Shown: piece after piece, positions 11,603 to 21,428 of the stretch
How the letters are laid out: every line of letters begins with the position of its first letter
Numbering within the stretch: position 1 is the first letter of the stretch
Source of the DNA: Candidatus Saccharimonadota bacterium
Lineage (GTDB): Bacteria; Patescibacteriota; Gracilibacteria; BD1-5; UBA2023
DNA: 32,000 bases
Assembly: GCA_042852035.1 (NCBI GenBank)
Contig: BAAFHK010000001.1
Span: 660,001-692,000 of the forward strand
Reading direction: 5' to 3'
Translations under genes and position numbers: made by a program
The notes under the pieces: model-generated
What the model was told of the DNA's origin: nothing
What the model saw: the letters and a program-made list of their open reading frames with translations, nothing else
The model's database searches: none

Positions 11603-12928
11603 CTATATCTGAAGTTCAGTTATATTGACAAGCCGAATAAATTCTACACCTTTCGGTGTTAATCAGGTATATGATTTAGGAATAATAATCTTCTTGAATC
11701 CAAGTTTTGCAGCCTCAAGAACTCTTTTTTCTAGATGGTAGGTATTTTTTATAATACCCGTAAGTGACACCTCTCAGAGATAGATTGTTCTTCCAAGGGA
11801 TTTTCCACTTTTTGAACTTATAAGGCTTGCTATAGTAGCAAGATCAACTCCTGGATCAGAAAGATTAAATCAACGAGCAACATTTATATAAACATCATAG
11901 CTTTCAAGATTTATATCACTAAATTTTGTTAAAACCGCAATAAGAAGGTCTAACTTTCATTGTGGAATTCAACGACTTGATCGTTTTGGATAACCAAATT
12001 TTGTATATGTAGTAAGCGCTTCGATTTCTATAAGTAACGGTCTATTCCCTTCTACAGTAAGTGTAAGAGCACTTCAGGGAATTCAGCTTGTTGCATCATC
12101 AACAAACTCAAGTCATGGATTTGGCAAATCAATAAGCCCCGTTTCTTCCATTCGAAAAAGTCCTACAGCATCCGTCGATCAAAAGCGGTTTTTTAAAGCA
12201 CGAAGGATTCTATAATTCTCCGTTCGTACTCACTCAAGATAAAGAACTACATCAACCAAATGCTCAAGTACCTTCGGTCAGCTAATAGTTCCATCTTTTG
12301 TAACATGACCTATGAGGATAATTGATTTTTTGAGGTTCTTCGCGAGAAGCATAAATTCTTCAGTCATACTACGAATCTGGGAAATACTTCAAGATACTCA
12401 ATCAAGAGAATCACTTGATAGTACAGAAAGGGAATCAATAATTACAATATTTGCCTTATGATTTCTTAGAGTCGCTATAATATCATCAAAATAATTTTCA
12501 GTGATGATATCTATTGCATCATTCAATACATTTAATCTCTTAGCTCGAGCGGAGATTTGACCAATGTGTTCCTCTCAAGAAATATAGAGCACTCCATTTT
12601 GAGTGGTTCAATTTGCATACCACTCAGCCATTTGAAGGGCAAGAGTTGATTTTCCTATACCTGGCTCCCCTGAGAGCAAAACTAAACTCCCTTCAATAAG
12701 TCATCCTCATAGAACTCCATCGAGTTCCGGAGAATCACTTTTATATCGAAACAATCAAAGAGGTGTATCTTTCGATATTTTTTTTGTTTCTAACAATTTT
12801 CCAGCATGTTGAGTTTTTGATCGATGATTTTTCTCGTAGGATTCTTCTAAAGTATTCCACTCACCACAATTCGGACACTTCCCTGCCCATTTAAGGCTTG
12901 TCTGATGGCATGATGAACAAGTATACAT
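11603..12928 (-). CDS. radA: DNA repair protein RadA/Sms; the N-terminal zinc-finger segment needs two frame changes
   Basis: The main frame is open from TAG (11603-11605) up to 12889. It carries [32 protein letters not shown] (Walker A), LKNRFG (Gly = TGA) and a Lon-like C-terminal domain. ATG 12928 gives MYTCSSCHQNKP, then TAA (12890-12892). The conserved KWAGKCPNCGEWNT is in the +1 frame and rejoins the main frame at an A7 run (12778-12784). A conventional caller would start at ATG 12887-12889 and lose the zinc finger. Confidence 0.85.
12778..12784 (-). other. A-AAA-AAA heptamer: putative -1 frameshift site or homopolymer indel in radA
   Basis: This is a T7 run on the plus strand. In the zinc-finger frame it reads ACA AAA AAA UAU. 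A -1 slip gives AUA UCG AAA GAU, which is the ATPase-domain frame. Confidence 0.5.
12890..12895 (-). other. CCU-UAA: putative +1 frameshift site or 1-nt insertion in radA
   Basis: The mRNA reads AAG CCU UAA AUG. Skipping the U gives CCU AAA UGG GCA GGG AAG UGU, which is P-K-W-A-G-K-C, the conserved RadA zinc-finger spacing. Confidence 0.5.
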
Positions 12929-12969
12929 ACTCCTGTATCAATAGTTGATGAAATTCTACCAGCACCTTC

Positions 12970-14424
12970 TTACTTATCTGTTACTTTTGTAGTTCGTTTT
13001 GTTGGGCTTTTCTGTGCCTGGGATGGATTTGAATCCGTTGTTGCTGACTTTTTTCGAGTACTAGTAACCTTCTTTTCCGCACCATCGAGAGCCTTTACGG
13101 CTTTTGATTTCTTCTTTTTTGCAAGAGCAGCCTTTGCGAGTTGCCTTCATTTTTCGAGTTCATCTATCTCACCTTCAAGCTCTTCTACTTCATATTCAAG
13201 CTCATCTACTCGTTCTTCATCCTTTCTGAAGAGCAACCAAAGAATCCAAATAATAAGGAGAAGTGTAGCAATTAAAATAAGCGCTCACCAATTTATTCAT
13301 TTATCTATGTAGCTATATCGTATATTAATATCTTGCTCACTTTCAAAAGGCTCTATTGCTCCATCAGTTTTACGATATTCAAGATGAATCTTTGCCTTGA
13401 TAATCTTTGTTGCATCTATAATCTTCAATTTTTCCCATGGGAGAAGATATCCAGCAGTATCTCCACTCTTTCTTGAATAGTATTCACTTGGTGAGAGAAA
13501 CTTAATGACTTTCTTATCATTTTCTAGATCTTCATAGGCAAATCACTTCCATAAAACCGTATAAAGACGATTCGAGCTTGGAAGCACATTACCTGCCTCA
13601 TCATTAATTGGAAGATAATCGACAATCTTCTCTCCCAAAAGAACCCCATCTTCGCTTCGTATGCTCTCCTTTCCGATTCTTTTAAGAAGCAACTCATCGT
13701 CGTAGAGCTCAATTCGACCCACTGGAAGTATATGCGTATTTCCATTATTAGTAACCGGAATATTAAAATTCATTCCGAAATCATTCTGTACGAGTACTGG
13801 TGGAGTAATTCTTGGATCAAGATCTCTTTTGAGTTTAGAAATCCAATCATTCGGTTGAGACTTGGGAGCAGAAGAAAGCTCGATACCAATATCTCAAAAA
13901 ATTGTATCATAAACAATTTTTCCAGGAACATTCACAAGAAGAAGAATTCCCGTTCTTTTTACCATTTTTACAGTATTTCAGCTCGTGTCAGAACCTTCTG
14001 GATTATTAAAGAATATAGCACCATAATGACCTCCAGGAAGAGCATCATTAGGAGCCTTAACGATTACCTGTATTTTCTTTTCTGAATGAGGAGGAACAAC
14101 AAAACTCTCAGGAGAATCATAACTTATCCATGAAGATACACTATCTGGGTCTGGTCATGATTTTTGATTCTCTCGACACTTTGGAGTACCAGCACCATCA
14201 TCAGTTACACAATCTTCTGCTGTAACATATATATTATATGGAACATCAGCATTATTAAAGAATGATACCTCTTTGGTAACGGTTTGTCCCCTCTCTACGG
14301 TAAAATCATGACGAATAGGTGATACTCACATACTAATACGTGAGCCCTCACCAACTGCAAAACTTTGAGTAAGACCTGACAAAGAAATGGCAAGAAAAAT
14401 ACCTATCAAATGAATTTTTCGCAT
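12970..14424 (-). CDS. secreted Ig-like surface protein with C-terminal TM anchor and charged tail, 484 aa (DUF916/DUF3324-like by eye)
   Basis: The frame was checked codon by codon. Signal peptide MRKIHLIGIFLAISLSGLTQSFA. The body is beta-rich, with HSEKKIQVIVKAPNDALPGGHYGAIFF. The TM helix GALILIATLLLIIWILWLLF lies at about 13225-13300 and is followed by an acidic/basic coiled tail. It contains track ORF 13543..13773. Confidence 0.8.
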
Positions 14425-14475
14425 AAGAAAAGAAAAAGGATAGCAAAATCATATAAAATTTGCCTCAAAAATCAA

Positions 14476-14505
14476 GAAAAGTCCTCCGAAGAAGGAGGAC
14501 TTTTC
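14476..14505 (-). terminator. rho-independent (bidirectional) terminator after secreted paralog A
   Basis: The stem pairs GAAAAGTCCTCC with GGAGGACTTTTC around a 6 nt loop. On the minus strand it is followed by TTGATTTTTG. Confidence 0.6.
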
Positions 14506-14522
14506 TTCTATATGATGAACTA

Positions 14523-15188
14523 TTAGAAATTTCCTGTTACGGTAATTACCACCTTATCAGAATAATCGCCTGCTGGTGTTTGTGAATTTGGAAGTACTAC
14601 AATAGAGAAATTAAAGTCATTTACTCCAGTAAGAGGCTGTGGACGAGTAGAAGTATAGAGAGTATGGTTGGTTGTATTATTGTTTACTTCTGTCGAAAGT
14701 GTTGCTGCATGAGAAAATCATGGATACGTCGAATCCGAACTACTAATTACTGATACAAACTTATAACTATCGGCTGCACCATCAACAGCAAGCGAGTTAA
14801 TAACAATAGCACCACTTGAGTTACTGGTCATACCAGCATTTGTAGATCGAGCAGTAACAGAAGCGCCATTAAGAGCATTCGTTCCGATTTCAAGATTTAC
14901 AGTACCAGTGGAAGAGGTTGTACTTGAAAGATTTCCAAGAGAGATAACTCCAGATCCAGAGATGGTCATATTCAGTGAAGGGAGAATTCTTCCTGTGACA
15001 ATAACACCATTAATCGTACCACTGGCACTTGATCCAACAAATGTATCATTCCAGTTAATTGCTGTAGAAAGTCCACCACTTGAGACAACTGTACCGGTAC
15101 CAATTTGGGATGCATAGAGGGCAGGGAGCTGAAGAAAAGAAGCAAGAAGTAAAACTGCCGCAAGGGAACGAAGAGAAAATTGGGACAT
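14523..15188 (-). CDS. small secreted Thr/Ser/Gly/Asn-rich beta protein, paralog A, 221 aa
   Basis: It extends track ORF 14718..15227 through TGA to TAA (14523-14525). The preferred start is MSQFSLRSLAAVLLLASFLQLPALYA (signal peptide). The C-terminal strand is TPAGDYSDKVVITVTGNF. Confidence 0.8.
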
Positions 15189-15252
15189 ATAAGAAAAGTT
15201 ATGGAGTACCCTTTCATCATTCCACAATACCCATTAGAAGTCTAGGAGCTGC

Positions 15253-15290
15253 ACAAAAAAAACCCTATGAATGGATAGAGTTTTTTTATT
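15253..15290 (-). terminator. probable terminator after secreted paralog B
   Basis: On the minus strand: AACTCTAT, loop CCATTC, ATAGGGTT (one G-U pair), then a T6 run. It is flanked by A8 and T7 runs, so it could act in both directions. Confidence 0.45.
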
Positions 15291-15331
15291 AATATATTAT
15301 AATATATTTTCTTTGTATAACCGATTCCCTT

Positions 15332-16009
15332 TTAGAAGTTTCCAGTAACTGTAAGTACTACAATATCTGTATAGTCCCCTGCTGGAGTTTCGATAGAGGG
15401 CTTAGCAGAAACTGAGAATGAAAAATCATCCGTTCATACTGAAAGCACTTGAGGCTTACTAGAGGTATAGAGAGTATGGCTTGTTGTATTATTATCCACT
15501 TCAGTATTAAGAGTGGCAGATTGAGCAAATGCAGCATAGCTTGAGTCATCGGCAGCTACTATTGCTGAACTAAACTTATAACTATCAGCTACTTCATCAG
15601 TGGTAAGATCATTGATGTATGTAGTAGGACTTGAGGTATTTTGAAGTCCTCCGTTTGTTGAGCGCGCAGTTGCAGATGCGCCATTCACAGCGTTGGTTCA
15701 GATTTCTACATTTACAGTTCCTGTAGAGTAGTCTGAATCCACAAGATCTCCGAGATCGATAATTCCACTTCCTGAAACAACCATATTGAGCACAGGTTTT
15801 ACACGTGCTTTAACGTAGAGTCCATTAATACTACCCGATGCAGCATTATTGGTAAAAGTACCATTCCAATCGACTGCTGTAGTAAGTCCACCACTTCAAG
15901 CAACAGTACCTGTACCAACTTGGGCAGCACCAACAGAGACGACTCCTGTAGAAATCATCATACCGGCAGCAACAACTCCAGTAAGAAGTTTTTGGGAGAA
16001 AGTATGCAT
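15332..16009 (-). CDS. small secreted Thr/Ser/Gly/Asn-rich beta protein, paralog B, 225 aa
   Basis: The frame was checked and contains track ORF 15434..15688. Signal peptide MHTFSQKLLTGVVAAGMMISTGVVSVGAA. It is collinear with paralog A, with roughly half of positions identical by eye. It ends with the same TPAGDYTDIVVLTVTGNF. Confidence 0.8.
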
Positions 16010-16043
16010 ATTTGTATTGGTTAAAAAATTACAATGCTTAAGT

Positions 16044-16072
16044 AGCTTAACACAAGTATTTTTATTTGTCAA
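16044..16072 (-). promoter_or_regulatory. possible promoter for paralog B
   Basis: On the minus strand: TTGACA (16067-16072), 17 nt spacer, TAAGCT (16044-16049). Confidence 0.3.
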
Positions 16073-16252
16073 AATTTAGCTCATGCTTATTTTTTCAAAC
16101 TGGCGTCACCGTTAGAACTTGTGAAGTTAACTGATTTATACCTCTTGTAAATACTTATTCATCTTTCTATTCTGGAAGATAATAAACTTCATTATTGACA
16201 TGATCTTTATAATATGATATCCTATCAATAGTTAAAATATAATATAAATACT

Positions 16253-16465
16253 ATGACTGCTCCTATTGGCGCACATGCAAGCGCACTCATGGCACTCAGA
16301 GCTAAATCCCTTCAAGCTTATGGGGTAGACCAAAAAATGCTCACGAACATAGAAAATCATACACTTCTTCCTCTCGTAGAGAATCAAACTCGAGCCTTAG
16401 CACTCTCTAAAAGAGAAGAACGTGCCATAGCAGTACAACACGAACATAGTCTCTTATTAATATAG
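16253..16465 (+). CDS. small hypothetical protein, 70 aa, no TGA codons
   Basis: This is an intact standard-code ORF ending in TAG. The protein is Ala/Leu-rich, the DNA looks locally more GC-rich, and a strong terminator follows. Coding status is uncertain. Confidence 0.4.
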   Translation: MTAPIGAHASALMALRAKSLQAYGVDQKMLTNIENHTLLPLVENQTRALALSKREERAIAVQHEHSLLLI

Positions 16466-16495
16466 GAAAAAATTAATAATTTCGTAACAGAACTC

Positions 16496-16530
16496 AATAT
16501 CCTCAACATCGTTGGGGATATTTATTTTTT
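16496..16530 (+). terminator. rho-independent terminator
   Basis: A 12 bp stem, AATATCCTCAAC (16496-16507) / GTTGGGGATATT (16511-16522), with one G-U pair and loop ATC, followed by TATTTTTTT. Confidence 0.7.
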
Positions 16531-16542
16531 TACACTCGCTCT

Positions 16543-19500
16543 ATGAAACATCAGAATCACTGTCATGAAACGATCAATGATATTTCCGAGAAATGAACAA
16601 AAAGAAATGCTACAAAATGAGGTTCACATTCGTACTTTCAAAGAAATAAAAGAAAAATTCTTGGAATAATCGCTAGTTGAATTATTTCATGATGTTGATG
16701 ATGAAACATCGAGACAACAAATAACGCATGAAGTGAGGTTTCTGATTGAAAAATGCAAAAGATGGCAGTAAGCATACCCATTTCAAGCGTTCCAACTTGG
16801 GCGCCTTTTGAGGTTGACTGAATGATGGGATATGGATATATCTACTTTGAACACCCAATAAGTGGATATGTACAAGGACCGTACATGAATCCATTTCAAT
16901 CTAGTAGTTATAATCCGAAAGATGTTCTCACAAGACTCGGATCAACAGAATGGGTTATAGTTCGTGCTTCATTCACATATGATGTAGACAAGAATAATGA
17001 TGGAAAAACCGATTCAAGTTGGACCCCCATAAATGCAGGTATGTCAATGATAATCCACAGATCTGTATTTGAACGTGGAGAAAAAATCATTTTTAGTCCT
17101 CGATCTGCATTTATCTCTGAATCAATTCTTACAAGATCTGGAAAAATTCTCTCAAAGGAATCATTAGATACCATAGCACGTGAAAGCTCTACAGATGACA
17201 TGAATAATGACGGGATTATTGATTATTCTGATATTACCGGGAAAAAATGGTCAGCCCAATTGAATCCGAGTATTTCACTTCCTGGCTTCGGAAACTATAT
17301 GGAAAGTGTATATGTAAATAACTGAGTTAATCGTGGAAATGCAATCAAAACTCTCATAAAAATGCAAAATCATACAATTCTGAAGATTGTTCCACAATCA
17401 ACGAGTCACGATCCTGCGCTCAAAATAGAAACCTCGAGCACCTCAAGCATTCTCTATACTCTGGATTGAAGTACTCCGATTCCCGGATGACCAACAACAC
17501 TAACGGGGGCAAGCGGCATAACTATACCTCTTCAAGATAGGCACATCTATTTCCGCGAATATATACCCACAGGGACTACGCCTATATTATGAAAAGTAAA
17601 ATCCTTTGATCTTGCAACTGACTGGATGGAACTAACACAGCAATCACAGAAATATAATCCATCTTGAAAAGAAACTTTAGAAGAGACCTCCCATTCCTAT
17701 AATGGGAAAAATTATATCGTACGTGCTATCTCAAATAAGACTTCACCAGGTTATACATATCCGAAATTCCTTGATTGCCAATTAGAAATAAATACTTCAG
17801 AGTGATGTCACTTATGACCATACGTTGCATATAATGAAGCTCACGAAGCAAAGGTTCGTGAACTCATACATTCAGCCATTCAAGAATATATTAATACCCA
17901 ATTAAATCAACCAACTAATCCAAATCCACCAAACAATACTACCGGACCCAATACGAGTCCGAATCACTATCAGAACGAAATAGTTGATTATACAGCAAAG
18001 ACACCTTATCTCGGATGATGGTATCAAGTACAAGTTCAATGGAATCTCACTGGAAAAAATGACTTTCCTGTTACCATAGTCGGAAGCTATGCGACACCTG
18101 ATGGTATTAGGCAAGCAAACATAACAGCCACAGCAAATAGTGAAGCTGAGCGACTTTCATTTTCTCAATCAATGGTGGGAAAACTTAAATCTATCATCGA
18201 TGCCAGTAACGCAAATCTTCCCAAACCAACCTATCCACCAAACACAGTTCTTCCGTCAAATCCAGTAAGCTATAAGGGGTATACATATACCCTTATAACA
18301 ACAATGAATACAACAGGATATAGTGACTATCCAGCGAGTGTAAAAGTAAAATATACTACACCGAATGGAGCAAAGGAAACACCAACTCTTCCTGCTAAAA
18401 ATATCTCAGAGCTTTCTGTAGTCCAGAATGAGCGGATAAATGAGGCTAAATCACAGATTGATATGTCATTATGACTCGATAAATACCCTCCATACTATGT
18501 GGAAACTATCACATCGAATAAACCATTTGGATATGGAAGTTATACAACCACTTTTACCTATTCGTGAACTTTGGGAAAAGATTATCCATGATATATCGAT
18601 GTAAACTATAGAAGATTAAATGGCACAACCGGAAAGTGGACCATGGAAGCCAAAAGTGAAGCTGAAAAAAATCTATTTATCCCACAATGAGAAGCTCAAG
18701 CAAGACTCGAAATAGATAATTACCCCCTTCATCCAGTAAATAATATCGTAGCTTCAGGAAATATTCCTTACGGGAATAAATGAGGAACTTATACTCAATA
18801 TGAAAAATACAATCGAAAGTGAACTGGATATAACTACCCAGTCCTCATCTGGATGGAGTATCGATCCACTAGTACTTCTCAACTCCTTGATTCTAGAAAT
18901 ACCTATGGAGTAGTAGAAGCGCAGGACTCAGAGCAGTTAAAGGTTATAAGATGAGCTCTCGAATCTTGGGTAAAATGACAAATAACCGCACTATGACCAA
19001 CAAATCAAACAACTAAATATGCCAATTCAACCTGATTACGTATATTTGATATTCTTATTCCAAGTGCCTTTGCTGCTAATACTCCTAATAGTATAATAAT
19101 AAAATCCAATCCTACCAAGCTTACACCATTGAGTCCATATAGTGCTGATATATCGTTTTTCCGAACTTACAATATAGGCAATCCAACACAAGAATTCTTC
19201 ATGAAACCTTGATTCTCAGCACCTACTGGAAAAAGTAGGGTAAATTATGTGGGGAGAAGTATCGATGAAGCTAGAATTAAAGCGGCTAGAAATAAAATAC
19301 TTACCGCAATGGATTCAATAATAAAATCATTAAAGACAATAGAATTTAACTCTTTATGATCATGTTCTTGAGCTGGTACAGTTAGCACCACATGAGGATG
19401 TATAAAAAATATCGTTCCTTGAAACAATACATTAATTGAATGACATATAGAAATTTTAAAGATACTAAATGATTCTTTTGAGAATAAAACTTTAGATAAC

Positions 19501-20100
19501 CAAACAGCGATTGAATTTGTTATTGAAATATTTAATTGAAAGTGACTTATTTTTGAGTCACTTAGTGAAAATAAACTTTGAGAATATCATCCTGCATTAA
19601 ATGCATACTTTGCGTATGTGGTTTGATCATGAAGATATGGTAATTTAAAAAGAAATAGAGAGCTACCGATAGTTGACTATAGGAGTTGATCCCAGGTTAT
19701 TAGGTGAATTGTTATTAATTGAGTAATAGTCTCAGGAACAGAACTTTGAAACTTATTAATTTGATACCTATGAGCAAAAGCCTGATTCACATTTGATTAC
19801 ATAAAAACATGTGCAAGAGTATTTAATATGTGGAAATATATTGAGGAAAATAAATGAAGGGCTGATATTTCTGAATGAGAATTATTATGACACGCATGGA
19901 ATCTAGCTTGAATTAATGAAGCATGAGATAGTGTGCTCTACAGGGAGTGATATAATTATGCTATTGCAAATCCAAACAAAACCATATCATCTAACGATAT
20001 ACTAAATATGTTTAAAAGTCAGTATGACGAATACAAAAAAATATCAGATCCAGAATCCTCCCTTATAAATCTCTACAAACAAAGATTTAATTTGAATTAG
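16543..20100 (+). CDS. large repeat-containing surface lipoprotein, 1185 aa under code 25
   Basis: Frame 1 has no TAA/TAG from 16450 to TAG 20098-20100 (every line checked). It fuses track ORFs 16822..17325 and 18172..18474. The lipoprotein signal is KRKILGIIASGIISGC (lipobox 16684-16695, with Gly as TGA, followed by TGA TGA TGA). There are two DxNxDG Ca-binding-like loops at 16981-17013 and 17194-17232, about six divergent ~90 aa modules and a distinct C-terminal domain. The start codon is uncertain (ATG 16543 is the first in frame). Confidence 0.8.
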
Positions 20101-20104
20101 CCTT

Positions 20105-20449
20105 ATGAGTGCCTCTTACTTTATCTGGATCAATTGCATACTTATTATCTTTCCTATAATAATTTATAAGTCACATAAAGACAATTCTTGAATAGATTTC
20201 AGATTCTTTGGAATATTATTAATTTGAACTATTTTATTCTCTTGAATGAGTAGTCTTCATGTTGGTTGAATTAATTATTTTTATCTTACAATCTTCCTTA
20301 TATTCTCGTTTCTTTTTAAATGCTTTTTAATTTCAAAAAAAGATTGAGTTTTGAGGATATTAATTTTAATATTGCTCACACTATATTTCATATATATTTT
20401 GATTAGCATTATTGGTGGTATTACTGATATATTTTGAAAAAATTTATAA
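20105..20449 (+). CDS. small polytopic membrane protein, 114 aa (immunity-like)
   Basis: It starts 5 nt after the lipoprotein stop. The frame was checked to TAA 20447-20449 and has 7 TGA. There are four hydrophobic segments: FIWINCILIIFPIII, FFGILLIGTILFSG, YFYLTIFLIFSFLF and ILILILLTLYFIYILISIIGG. Confidence 0.65.
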
Positions 20450-20628
20450 AATAAGAAAACACAAATAATGGCACATTTTGCTCAAATTATTTATACAAAA
20501 AAAATAAAAAAACCATTTTTTCATGGTATTATGCGTATGTCAAAAAATACTGTTCTCGGTCGAGAAAATTTGGGAGAGGCAATATAGAGAGAAAGTACTT
20601 TCTTGCAAGAGAGAAAATTTGAATTCCC

Positions 20629-20657
20629 TTGACGATGGATAGAAGTTATACTAAAAT
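20629..20657 (+). promoter_or_regulatory. sigma70-like promoter
   Basis: TTGACG (20629-20634), 17 nt spacer, TAAAAT (20652-20657). ATG is at 20681. Confidence 0.55.
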
Positions 20658-20680
20658 AGTCTAAAATATATCTACTTGCT

Positions 20681-21406
20681 ATGCCTCAAAATACACCTAC
20701 CCTAGGGATAGATTCATCTCAAGAAAAAAGAAATAATCCAGAAAAGGCATGATGAATCACTCGAAGAGATTTAGTGCTATGAGTACTTGCTGGTGCTATT
20801 GCTTCTAGTGCCCCAACATGAGCCTATGCGGGCATAACTGATACCACTCGTCAGGCTATAGAAAGAATTCAGGCTGAAGATCCGAACTTTAAGCTCACGC
20901 GATATGAGCTCAAGTGCCTAAAGGGCGATATAGTTGATTCAGAATGTGAGGAGGTACTAAGACTCAAAATTCAAGAACGAGAGTCAGATGCAAGGCTAGC
21001 AGAGTCAAATACGAGATTAGAATTCGCAAAGATGCGAAATGCTGCACTTTTTCATCTCGATATCACACTTGCATTACTTCAAATGATACAATATGTTGAG
21101 TTTGATGTGGCAATCCCAAGTGGATGATGAGCCATTAAACGTGTTCTGGATGATACAAATACCCCTCAGGATGTCCGATTTTTGTTAATTAACTTCCAGC
21201 AAAGAAAAATGTCTGGAAAATGAGAATTTACATCAAAAGATGGGAGGGCTATACTTGACCTTACCAAAAGACACCTCGATGCTGGAATAGACCTAAAAGA
21301 TAAGCTTATAAACAGCCCTTACTATGATTCTATGAAAAGAAATGTTATGATAGTAACAACCACTTATGAAGCAATGCAGAAAGCAATGGTATGAAAAATG
21401 GGGTAA
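20681..21406 (+). CDS. hypothetical exported protein with twin-arginine-type signal, 241 aa
   Basis: N-terminus is ...EKAGGITRRDLVLGVLAGAIASSAPTGAYA (RR codons 20762-20767, AYA ends at 20830). The frame runs to TAA 21404-21406. The mature part is helical and charged, with no motif recognised. Confidence 0.75.
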
Positions 21407-21428
21407 ATTTGCAGAGATTTTAAAAAAA

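Noticed and set aside
16565-16669. The short frame-2 ORF MKRSMIFPRNEQKEMLQNEVHIRTFKEIKEKFLE as a separate gene upstream of the large protein.
   Set aside because: The overlapping frame 1 is continuous with the 1185 aa ORF and encodes a textbook lipoprotein signal ending in ISGC. Frame 2 is only 34 codons. Some doubt about the true start remains.
20468-20587. A 39-codon ORF (MAHFAQIIYTKKIKKPFFHG...) in the spacer before the Tat-signal operon.
   Set aside because: It is very short and Lys/Ile-rich, as expected from AT-rich non-coding DNA, and has no supporting signals.
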